From Spirochaetaceae bacterium (GTDB taxonomy: Bacteria > Spirochaetota > Spirochaetia > DSM-27196 > PWMO01): a DNA stretch of 64,000 nucleotides. This document shows, piece after piece, positions 17,527 through 25,428 of this stretch; the first letter of the stretch is position 1; every line of letters begins with the position of its first letter. Below the pieces are notes generated by a model. The model saw nothing but the letters and a program-made list of their open reading frames with translations. It was not told the origin of the DNA and made no database searches. The stretch is from the NCBI GenBank assembly GCA_046541715.1, contig JBKHCS010000001.1:34496-98495 (forward strand), read 5' to 3'. The translations under genes and the position numbers were made by a program.

Positions 17527-20187
17527 TTAGCTGTTCTTCACGACCGACTGTGCCGCCGCGAGCCGGGCGATGGGCACCCGGAAGGGGGAGCAGGAAACGT
17601 AGTTGAGTCCTGCGCGGTAGCAGAAGTCGATTGAGGATGCCTCTCCACCGTGCTCTCCGCAGATACCGACTTTCAGATTGGGATTGGTCTTGCGACCCTT
17701 TTGCGTTCCCATTTCGACGAGCTGACCGACGCCGGTCTGATCGAGGGCGGCGAAGGGGTCCTGTTCCAGGATACCGTCATCGATGTACTGCGGAAGGAAG
17801 CTTCCGATATCGTCCCGGGAGAACCCGAAGGTCATCTGGGTAAGGTCGTTGGTCCCGAAGGAGAAGAACTCCGCCTGGGTGGCGATCTCGTCGGCGGTCA
17901 GGGCCGCACGGGGTACCTCGATCATGGTGCCGATGAGGTATTCGAGCTTGCTCCCCGCCTTCTCGAGGACATCCTTGCAGACTTTTTCGGCGTTGGCCCG
18001 AAGAATCTCGAGCTCCTTGATGGTACCGACCAGGGGAATCATGATTTCAGGCTGCACCTCGGCGCCACCCTTGGCGACCTCGACGGCCGCTTCCATGATG
18101 GCCTGAACCTGCATGTCGTAGACTTCCGGGTAGGTTATTCCCAACCGGCACCCGCGGTGACCGAGCATCGGGTTGAACTCGTGGAGAGAATCGATCTTGG
18201 CCTTGAGGGCGTCGACGCTTACGCCGGTAGAATTCGCAAGCTCCTTGATTTCCGCCTCGGTGTGTGGGACGAACTCGTGCAACGGCGGATCCAAAAGCCG
18301 TACGGTTACCGGGAAGCCGGCCATCGCCTTGAAAATTCCGACGAAGTCGGACTTCTGCAGCGGCAAGAGTTTCTCGAGGGCTTTTTCCCGGGCAGCCTTG
18401 TCCTCGGCAACGATCATCTGACGGAAAATCCGGATCCGGTCCTCTTCGAAGAACATGTGCTCGGTGCGGCACAGACCGATACCTTCGGCGCCGAACTCCC
18501 GGGCTCGCTTCGCGTCCTCCGGGGTGTCCGCGTTGGTCCGGATGCCGAAGCCCTTCATATCCACGTTCGGCCGCTGGGCCTTGTTCCGGACGTTGTCGGT
18601 CCATTTTAGGAACTTCTCGAGCTGGTCGGAGATTTGGGGCTCGATCAGGGTCAGCTGACCTTCGTAGACTTCGCCGGTGGTTCCGTCGATGGTGATGAAG
18701 TCACCTTCCTTGAAGGACTTGCCCTTTACGTTCATCTGCTTGTTCGCGATCCCTATGTCCTTGGCTCCGGCGACACAGGGGGTACCCATGCCCCGGGCAA
18801 CGACGGCCGCGTGGCTCGTCATTCCACCGGTGGAGGTCAGGATACCTTCCGCAGCGTGCATACCGCCGATGTCCTCCGGGGAGGTTTCCTTTCGGACGAG
18901 AACGACCTTCTTGCCGCTCTTGACCCACTCCTCGGCGTCTTCGGCGGTAAAGACGATCTGGCCGCAGGCGGCACCGGGAGAAGCGTTAAGCCCCTTGGTC
19001 AGCGGTTCCTTGTCCTTGGTGGTGGAAGGGTCGATCATCGGGTGGAATACCTGGTCGAGCTGAGCCGGGGTTACCCGGTTGACCGCTTCGTCCTCGGTAA
19101 GAAGACCCTCTTGCACCATTTCGACGGCGATGCGAATCGCGGCGACGCCGGTTCGTTTTCCGTTACGGGTCTGAAGAATAAAGAGCTTACCCTGTTGGAT
19201 GGTAAACTCCATGTCCTGCATGTCCTTGTAGTGCGCCTCGAGCTTGTCCTTGACTTCGACCAGCTGGTCGTAACTCGTCTGGTCCTTCTTCGGGAGGCTC
19301 TTGATATCCATCGGCGTTCGGATACCCGCGACGACGTCCTCGCCCTGAGCGTTCATCAGGAACTCGCCGTAGAAGTACTTCTCCCCGGTCGAGGGATCCC
19401 GGGAAAAACAGACGCCGGTTCCCGAGTCTTCGCCGAAGTTACCGAAGACCATCGATTGAACGTTGACGGCGGTGCCCTTGAAACCCCGGAGGTCGTTGAG
19501 CTTCCGGTAGCGAACTGCCCGGGGATTGTTCCACGAACCGAATACGGCGTCGATGGCGGCCCAGAGCTGGTCGATGGGATTCTGGGGAAAGTCCTCCCCG
19601 GTATGAGACTTGAAGACCTCTTTGTACTTCTGGACGACCCCCTTCAGGTCGGCGGCATCGAGGTCGGTGTCGAGCTCGACACCCTTCTTCTCTTTGATCG
19701 CGTCGAGAGCGTGCTCGAAGTTTTCGTGCTTAACGCCCTTTACGACGTTCCCAAACATGTTGATAAAGCGACGGTACGAGTCCCAGGCAAACCGCTCATT
19801 GCCCGATTTTTTCGCAAGGCCCTCAACCGCTTTATCGTTGAGTCCGAGATTGAGGACCGTGTCCATCATGCCCGGCATAGAGGCGGCGGCGCCGGACCGG
19901 ACGGAGACCAGAAGCGGGTCGTCGGCGTCGCCGAGCTTCTTACCCATCATCTTCTCGAGCCTATCGAGGTGTTCCGACACTTCCTTGTTCAGGGAGTCCG
20001 GATAGTCTCCGTCGTGATTGTTGTAGTATTCGCATACCTCGGTCGAGATGGTGAACCCCGGCGGGACAGGGACGCCAACATTGGTCATTTCCGCAAGGTT
20101 GGCACCCTTGCCGCCGAGAAGATCCTTCATCTTGGAGGACCCTTCGGCCTTTCCTTCGCCGAAGAAGTAAACGTATTTCGTTGCCAT
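17527..20187 (-). CDS. ppdK: Pyruvate, phosphate dikinase
   Basis: 886 aa with the phospho-His motif GGMTSHAAVVARGMG, the PEP-utilising C-terminal TIM barrel and GICGEHGG. Confidence 0.95.
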   Translation of the reverse strand: MATKYVYFFGEGKAEGSSKMKDLLGGKGANLAEMTNVGVPVPPGFTISTEVCEYYNNHDGDYPDSLNKEVSEHLDRLEKMMGKKLGDADDPLLVSVRSGAAASMPGMMDTVLNLGLNDKAVEGLAKKSGNERFAWDSYRRFINMFGNVVKGVKHENFEHALDAIKEKKGVELDTDLDAADLKGVVQKYKEVFKSHTGEDFPQNPIDQLWAAIDAVFGSWNNPRAVRYRKLNDLRGFKGTAVNVQSMVFGNFGEDSGTGVCFSRDPSTGEKYFYGEFLMNAQGEDVVAGIRTPMDIKSLPKKDQTSYDQLVEVKDKLEAHYKDMQDMEFTIQQGKLFILQTRNGKRTGVAAIRIAVEMVQEGLLTEDEAVNRVTPAQLDQVFHPMIDPSTTKDKEPLTKGLNASPGAACGQIVFTAEDAEEWVKSGKKVVLVRKETSPEDIGGMHAAEGILTSTGGMTSHAAVVARGMGTPCVAGAKDIGIANKQMNVKGKSFKEGDFITIDGTTGEVYEGQLTLIEPQISDQLEKFLKWTDNVRNKAQRPNVDMKGFGIRTNADTPEDAKRAREFGAEGIGLCRTEHMFFEEDRIRIFRQMIVAEDKAAREKALEKLLPLQKSDFVGIFKAMAGFPVTVRLLDPPLHEFVPHTEAEIKELANSTGVSVDALKAKIDSLHEFNPMLGHRGCRLGITYPEVYDMQVQAIMEAAVEVAKGGAEVQPEIMIPLVGTIKELEILRANAEKVCKDVLEKAGSKLEYLIGTMIEVPRAALTADEIATQAEFFSFGTNDLTQMTFGFSRDDIGSFLPQYIDDGILEQDPFAALDQTGVGQLVEMGTQKGRKTNPNLKVGICGEHGGEASSIDFCYRAGLNYVSCSPFRVPIARLAAAQSVVKNS

Positions 20188-20232
20188 AATTCTAATTACC
20201 CCCGATGCATAGTGCTTTAGATTATTTGGTGC

Positions 20233-20261
20233 AGGCTAAAGAAAAAGGGCCCCGGTGTCAA
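20233..20261 (-). promoter_or_regulatory. Possible ppdK promoter (TTGACA-N17-TAGCCT)
   Basis: The -35 TTGACA lies inside the loop of the upstream terminator hairpin. The -10 is weak. Confidence 0.3.
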
Positions 20262-20278
20262 CCTGACCTCCGGGACCC
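20238..20278 (-). terminator. Terminator of the sigma-factor gene
   Basis: Minus strand has a GGGUCCCGG...CCGGGGCCC stem (one G-U pair, 14-nt loop) followed by TTTTTCTTT. Confidence 0.55.
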
Positions 20279-20300
20279 TTGTGTCCTCAGTATAATGCTC

Positions 20301-21185
20301 TTAAGAAATGTAGCTTTCGAGAAGCTGCGCCCTCTTCGGATGCTGCAACCGTTTGATCGCCTTCTTCTCGATCTGACGAATTCGTTCCTTCGTCAGGCTG
20401 TACTTGTCGCCGATCTCCTTCAGGGAGAGGGGGCTCCGGCCGTTCAAACCGAAGCGGTACTGGACGATCTCCGCCTCTTTCGGAGTCAGCGTTCCGAGAA
20501 CCTCGTTGATGTCTTCCTTCAAGGAGTGCTCGATAACCTGCTCTTCCGGGGCTTGGTAGCCTTCGTCTTCCACAAAGTCACCAAGGAGAGAGGAGTCTTT
20601 CTCGGCGTATACCGGCGTCTCGAGGGAGATGAGTTCCCGGGAAATATTGATCAGGTCCGCGACGTGATCCTCGTCCATGTTCAGCGTCTTGGCGATCTGC
20701 TTCATCTCTGCGGTTTCGCCGTTGGAACCCTGGATCTGCTTCCGTACTTTTTCGATCTGCACGAGCTCGTTGGCCCGGTTGAGGGGAAGCCGGATCATCC
20801 TCGACTTCTCGCAGATCGCCTTCAGAATCGCCTGACGAATCCACCAGACGGCGTACGAGATAAAGTGAAATCCTTTGTCAACGTCGAAACGCTCGATGGC
20901 GTTCATCAGTCCGATATTCCCCTCGCTGATGAGGTCGGAAAGCGGCAGACCTTGATTTTGGTACTTCTTCGCGACGTTGACCACGAAGCGCAAGTTTGCC
21001 TGCACCAGCTTGTCTTTGGCCCACTTTTCGTTCCGGGCGGCCGCTCGGGCGTACTTATCCTCTTCTTCCCGGGTCAAAAGGGGTATCTTGTTGATCTCTT
21101 TGAGATATATCGAAAGGACATTCTCGTCGTCCTTGTTTCTCGGGGTGTATCCTTGGGTCTTGGTGCTGTTCTTTACCGCTGCCAT
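20301..21185 (-). CDS. Sigma-70-family alternative sigma factor, RpoS-like (no region 1.1)
   Basis: 294 aa. Region 2 is LRFVVNVAKKYQNQGLPLSDLISEGNIGLMNAIERFD...YAVWWIRQAI. Region 4.2 is SLKEIGDKYSLTKERIRQIEKKAIKRL. GAGGAGG SD. Confidence 0.85.
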   Translation of the reverse strand: MAAVKNSTKTQGYTPRNKDDENVLSIYLKEINKIPLLTREEEDKYARAAARNEKWAKDKLVQANLRFVVNVAKKYQNQGLPLSDLISEGNIGLMNAIERFDVDKGFHFISYAVWWIRQAILKAICEKSRMIRLPLNRANELVQIEKVRKQIQGSNGETAEMKQIAKTLNMDEDHVADLINISRELISLETPVYAEKDSSLLGDFVEDEGYQAPEEQVIEHSLKEDINEVLGTLTPKEAEIVQYRFGLNGRSPLSLKEIGDKYSLTKERIRQIEKKAIKRLQHPKRAQLLESYIS

Positions 21186-21218
21186 TCTTTCCTCCTCTCT
21201 CTATACAATCCCTTAAAA

Positions 21219-21233
21219 GCAAGGAGCGTGCCA
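21219..21233 (-). promoter_or_regulatory. Sigma-54 (-24/-12) promoter: TGGCACG-N4-TTGC
   Basis: Minus strand reads TTGGCACGCTCCTTGCT. The GC of the -12 element is 33 nt upstream of ATG 21185. Confidence 0.65.
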
Positions 21234-21325
21234 ATAGAACGGTACATACCGCTTGACATAACTACCTTTCTAACAATAACTTACAGGGGGATCAGAGGTT
21301 TCTGTTTTGCCGGGTCTTCTCGAAG

Positions 21326-21435
21326 TGGGTCAAATAGTCTCAAGATCGCGTCTTCTGAGAATAGATGGGTCAAATTGACCCCTAACTTAGTTTTGCAGCT
21401 TCTCATGGTGAAATCTTGACCCGGCAACGGTCAAT
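21326..21435. repeat. Array of five GGTCAA/TTGACC half-sites, including a 15-bp palindrome
   Basis: TGGGTCAAAT at 21326-21335 and 21366-21375, exactly 40 bp apart. Palindrome GGGTCAA-A-TTGACCC at 21367-21381. Inverted repeat TTGACC-N7-GGTCAA at 21416-21434. Confidence 0.7.
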
Positions 21436-21444
21436 CCTTATATT
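21416..21444 (+). promoter_or_regulatory. Sigma-70-type promoter of groES (TTGACC-N17-TATATT)
   Basis: Read directly. The -10 ends 52 nt upstream of ATG 21497, and AGGAGG SD is at 21486-21491. Confidence 0.5.
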
Positions 21445-21496
21445 TTCGTCACAAATCTACAACCACTAGCGCTTCAATTCCTAGTAGGAGGAAAAC

Positions 21497-21763
21497 ATGA
21501 AGGTCAAACCGCTTGGCGACCGCGTTCTGCTCAAGACCGAGAAAGAAGAGGAAAAGACCAAAGGTGGTCTCTTTATCCCCGAAACTGCCCAAGAGAAGAC
21601 CCAGTCGGGCATCGTAGAGGCAGTCGGCGACGACGAAGAGGTTATCAAGGTCAAGAAGGGTGACCACGTGATGTACGACAAGTACGCCGGCACCAGCATC
21701 AAGATCGACGACGCGGACTACCTGATCGTCAAAATGGACGACATCATCGCCATCGTAGAGTAG
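21497..21763 (+). CDS. groES: Co-chaperonin GroES
   Basis: 88 aa, MKVKPLGDRVLLK...GGLFIPETAQEK...GD.V.Y.KYAG. No groEL follows. Confidence 0.95.
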   Translation: MKVKPLGDRVLLKTEKEEEKTKGGLFIPETAQEKTQSGIVEAVGDDEEVIKVKKGDHVMYDKYAGTSIKIDDADYLIVKMDDIIAIVE

Positions 21764-21794
21764 TCGGCCACAGACTCCGGTTCGCAACGCGTAA

Positions 21795-21830
21795 GGGGCT
21801 GTCCCACCAGGTGGGGCGGCCCCTTTTTTT
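21795..21830 (+). terminator. Rho-independent terminator of groES (hairpin shared with convergent dinG end)
   Basis: GGGGCTGTCCCAC-CAG-GTGGGGCGGCCCC followed by TTTTTTT. Confidence 0.8.
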
Positions 21831-24276
21831 ATTCGGAGGTCTCCTCCAAGAACCGTTCAACCCGTTCGAAGACCTCCCCGGCTCCGGCGATAATGCGCTG
21901 GGTCTCCGGGAGGGACGCGAGAAAGAGCGAACCGTATTGCTTCTTGACGATCCGGGCGTCGGCAATCAGAACCACCCCCCGATCCCTCCGGTGCCGCATC
22001 AGGCGGCCGAAGCCTTGTCGCAAACGGGTAATCGCCTCCGGTACGCTAAAGTCCATAAACGGGTTCCCCCCGGTTCGTTCGATTGCCGCCATCCGCGCCA
22101 GGGTTACCGGATGCGTAGGCACCCGGAACGGGAGCCGGGTTACGACCACGAGCTTGAGGGTCTCCCCCGGAGCGTCAACTCCGGCCCAGAAGCTGTCGGT
22201 GGCAAAGAGCACGCTCGCCATATCCGCGGAAAATCGCCCGAGAAGGCGGCTCCGCTCGTCCTCCCCTTGGTACAGACAGCTGATGCCCCTTTCCCGAAGC
22301 GTCGGAGCAACCGCCCCGTAGGTCTCCATGAGAAGCTGATACGAGGTAAAGAGAATGAGAGCTCCGCCTCCGGACCTCTCGACACTCTCGAGAACCAACT
22401 TCGCGAGAAACGTTTCGTACCCCTCTTCCGTCGGCAGGGGACCATCGGTCGGGATTCCGAGGAGCACCCGCTCCCGGAAGGCGAAGGGAGAGGGATAGGT
22501 CGACTCGACGAGCCGGTCGGCTTCGAGGTGGTGGCTTCCGAGGCGCCGACGATAGAACTCGAAGCTCCCCTGAATGGTCAAGGTGGCGCTCAGGAAAAGG
22601 ACCGACGGGTACTGGTCGTAGACCGCCTCTTTCATGAGGTTGCCGATCTCCAAGGGGCTCACGGTAAACCGGGTGTACGCGTCTCCTTTTTTACGGCTCG
22701 AGAGCTCGAGCCAGCAGACAGAATCCGGCCGGGCAGCGGGATCCTGAAGAATACCGCAGAGCTCGGAGACCCGCCCAAGGCGCCGGTAGACCCCCCGGGC
22801 TTCGAGGAACAGGGGATCCTCGGTGGCCTCCTCCGGGAGGTTTGAAAGGTCCTGCTGCAGCGCGTCCAAAAGCTCTCCGAGGGCCAGTCGGAGAGCCTCG
22901 AGGCCCTCCCGGAGAGACGCCGGCGGCAGGCTGTCCGAATCCGGGCGAAGCCAGAGACTCGAGTCCTCGCGTAAGGACGCCGTCGCGGTCGCGTCGATCG
23001 CCGCCGCAGCCTCCTCCACACCGGGGATGAGCCCCCGAAGCCGCGAGAAAGCGTGCCCCTCGCCGTAGCCCTCTGCAAGCCCCGACAGAATCCCCAGCTC
23101 CCGCCCCCGCTTCCGGCGCACCAGGCGCCGCAACTGCTTCGCGATCGACAGTCGGGAAAAGGATTCGGAGAAGAAGGAGGTCGCGCTCGTCTCGACCTCG
23201 TGGGCCTCGTCGAAGATAAGCCGTTTAAAGGGCGGAAGAACCGCCGTGGCATCGAAGCCAACCGCCTGGAGCCGCAAGCTCAAGTCGGAAAAGAGCAAAT
23301 GATGATTGACGATCAGGATGTGCGCCTTCGCGGCTCGTCGCCGGGCTTGGACAACGAAGCAGTGGGGCTTCTGGGAGCGGCACTTCGCGGCGGAACAGCT
23401 ATCGGGATCCGAATTGACCCTCTCCCAAAGGCTGTCGGCGGGATAAAAGGGGGCGTCGCTTCGGCTACCTGTTTCGGTCACCTCGGCCCACTCACGCAAC
23501 GCCTCGAGGTCCGCGCTCTCCTCGTTGAAGAGCGACTGCTCCTTCAGCTCCTCCTCCAAGCGCGCCCGGCAGAGATAGTTGCCCCTTCCCTTGACGAGTA
23601 CTGCCGAAACGTCGCTACCTAAAAGCCGTTGTGCGATCGGGATGTCTTTTTCGACGAGCTGCTGCTGGAGGTTGATCGTCGCAGTCGACACGACGATCCG
23701 CTCGTTGTTCTGTTTGGCCCAGGCGAGAGCCGGAATAAGGTAGGCGAGGGACTTTCCCACACCGGTCCCCGCCTCGGCAAAAAGTACCCGGTCCTCTCCA
23801 AAGGCCTCCGCGACGGCCTCCAGGAGCAGCTGCTGACTCTCCCGTACTTCGAAGCTCGGCATGGCTCCGGCGAGGGGACCGTCGTCGTCGATCAACCGGA
23901 CGAGCTCGAAGGTGTCGAGGGGCTCGATCGCCTCCAGGAGGAGCGGCTCGGTCACGACGTAGACGCGGTCGACCTCGTTGTCGACGATGTACATACCGAC
24001 ACCGATCCGGGAGAGCTGAGAGGCAACCTCGAGGTCCGCGCCGCTCGGAGAGAGCGTTCCGCTCGGATGGTTGTGGATGATAACATCCCCCCGCTCCACT
24101 TCGTGAGCCGGAGCAAGAACGGTAACCGGGTTTCCTCGAGCGCGAATCCGGACCTCGGACACCATTCCCGTGTCGTCGACGGAGCAGACGAAAAGGACTT
24201 CGTTTCCACCGGCGTCGGCAATGGCTTCTTTGATGGTCGCTTGCGGCTCCGGATAGAGCCGCTCGTCGGCTTGCAT
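21829..24276 (-). CDS. dinG: DinG/XPD-family Fe-S helicase with N-terminal RadC-like JAB/JAMM domain
   Basis: 815 aa from ATG 24276. The N-terminal ~120 aa carry HNHPSGTLSPSGAD, which is H-x-H-x7-S-x2-D. The rest has Walker A AGTGVGKS, DEAH (FDEAHEVE) and a 4-Cys cluster (C...C-x4-C-x6-C). The ORF-track N-terminus (to 25518) is antisense to asd. Confidence 0.85.
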   Translation of the reverse strand: MQADERLYPEPQATIKEAIADAGGNEVLFVCSVDDTGMVSEVRIRARGNPVTVLAPAHEVERGDVIIHNHPSGTLSPSGADLEVASQLSRIGVGMYIVDNEVDRVYVVTEPLLLEAIEPLDTFELVRLIDDDGPLAGAMPSFEVRESQQLLLEAVAEAFGEDRVLFAEAGTGVGKSLAYLIPALAWAKQNNERIVVSTATINLQQQLVEKDIPIAQRLLGSDVSAVLVKGRGNYLCRARLEEELKEQSLFNEESADLEALREWAEVTETGSRSDAPFYPADSLWERVNSDPDSCSAAKCRSQKPHCFVVQARRRAAKAHILIVNHHLLFSDLSLRLQAVGFDATAVLPPFKRLIFDEAHEVETSATSFFSESFSRLSIAKQLRRLVRRKRGRELGILSGLAEGYGEGHAFSRLRGLIPGVEEAAAAIDATATASLREDSSLWLRPDSDSLPPASLREGLEALRLALGELLDALQQDLSNLPEEATEDPLFLEARGVYRRLGRVSELCGILQDPAARPDSVCWLELSSRKKGDAYTRFTVSPLEIGNLMKEAVYDQYPSVLFLSATLTIQGSFEFYRRRLGSHHLEADRLVESTYPSPFAFRERVLLGIPTDGPLPTEEGYETFLAKLVLESVERSGGGALILFTSYQLLMETYGAVAPTLRERGISCLYQGEDERSRLLGRFSADMASVLFATDSFWAGVDAPGETLKLVVVTRLPFRVPTHPVTLARMAAIERTGGNPFMDFSVPEAITRLRQGFGRLMRHRRDRGVVLIADARIVKKQYGSLFLASLPETQRIIAGAGEVFERVERFLEETSE

Positions 24277-24338
24277 GGGTGGTGCAATGATAGCCGCCCG
24301 AGACCCCCCGGGCAATCCTGACTCCGGTGGTTCCGACC

Positions 24339-24368
24339 TTGACACCCCTCCGTTTTGCTCAGTAGAGT
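24339..24368 (+). promoter_or_regulatory. Possible asd-lysC promoter (TTGACA-N18-TAGAGT)
   Basis: Read directly in the 108-bp divergent spacer. It predicts a ~10-nt leader. Confidence 0.4.
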
Positions 24369-24384
24369 TCCGGAACCTTACGTC

Positions 24385-25428
24385 ATGAGTAACAACAAGA
24401 TACCCGTAGCCATCCTCGGTGCCACCGGGACCGTGGGCCAGAAGTTCGTTCTCCTCCTCTCGGATCATCCGCTCTTCGAGATTACCGAGGTCGTCGCATC
24501 CTCTCGTTCCGCCGGAAAGACGTACGCCGAGGCGACGGCCTGGAAACAGGATGCTGCGATTCCTGCGGCCGTCGCGTCGATGCCGGTAAAGGGCACCGAG
24601 GAAACCCTCGCCGGCGGTATTCTCTTCTCCGGCCTCGACAGCAGCGTCGCCGGGCCCGCGGAGGAGCAGTACGCCGAGGCCGGTCACTTGGTTATCAGCA
24701 ACGCAAAGAACCACCGGATGGACCCCGACGTTCCGCTGACGATTCCGGAGATCAACCCGGACCACTTCGCCCTGGTCGACAAGCAGCGCTACGCCGGGGG
24801 CATCATCACCAATTCCAACTGCTCGACCATGTTCCTCGCGATGGCCCTTGCGCCCCTGATGCCCTTCGGCATCGAGGCAGTCCAGGTAACCACGATGCAA
24901 GCGATAAGCGGCGCCGGCTACCCCGGTGTGCCGTCGATGGACATTCTCGGAAACGTCGTCCCCTATATCGGGGGAGAGGAAGAGAAGCTCGAGGAAGAGG
25001 CCGCGAAGATTCTCGGAACCCTCTCGGGGGACCGGATCGAGCCGGCGCCCTTTCTGGTGAGCGCCCAATGCAACCGCGTCCCCGTCTTCGACGGTCATAC
25101 CGAAACGGTGAGCATCAAGTTCAAGAAGCGGGTGACTCCCGACGAGGTCCGCAGGGCGATGGAGACCTTTTCCGGTATGCCTCAGGAAAAGGGGCTTCCG
25201 AGCGCTCCGCCTCGGCCGATTATCGTTATGGACGCGCCGGACAGGCCCCAGCCGGCCCGGGACGTCTGGATCAGCAAGGGGATGGCGACAATCGTAGGAC
25301 GCATCCGAAAGTGTCCCGTTTTCGACGTCAAGTTCGTGGTCCTGGGTCACAACACCGTCCGGGGAGCCGCCGGGGCGGCTGTTCTGAACGCCGAGGCCTA
25401 CGTGGCTCTCGGCTACTACTCCCCATGA
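24385..25428 (+). CDS. asd: Aspartate-semialdehyde dehydrogenase
   Basis: AILGATGTVGQ Rossmann motif and active-site SNCSTM. Start set at ATG 24385 (MSNNKIPVAILG). Confidence 0.9.
   Translation: MSNNKIPVAILGATGTVGQKFVLLLSDHPLFEITEVVASSRSAGKTYAEATAWKQDAAIPAAVASMPVKGTEETLAGGILFSGLDSSVAGPAEEQYAEAGHLVISNAKNHRMDPDVPLTIPEINPDHFALVDKQRYAGGIITNSNCSTMFLAMALAPLMPFGIEAVQVTTMQAISGAGYPGVPSMDILGNVVPYIGGEEEKLEEEAAKILGTLSGDRIEPAPFLVSAQCNRVPVFDGHTETVSIKFKKRVTPDEVRRAMETFSGMPQEKGLPSAPPRPIIVMDAPDRPQPARDVWISKGMATIVGRIRKCPVFDVKFVVLGHNTVRGAAGAAVLNAEAYVALGYYSP

Noticed and set aside
18634-20220. 528-aa plus-strand ORF, together with similar long ORFs at 12697-14031, 20205-21419, 2894-4027, 8377-9306, 27224-28120, 33456-34439 and 38953-39822
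   Set aside because: All are antisense to confidently identified genes (ppdK, alaS, sigma factor, dnaE, hisZ/rsmD, NtrC-like RR, pstS, phoR). None has recognisable motifs. They are GC-bias artefacts.
21420-21496. Search for a CIRCE/HrcA operator upstream of groES
   Set aside because: No TTAGCACTC-N9-GAGTGCTAA-like inverted repeat is present. The TTGACC/GGTCAA repeats are reported separately.
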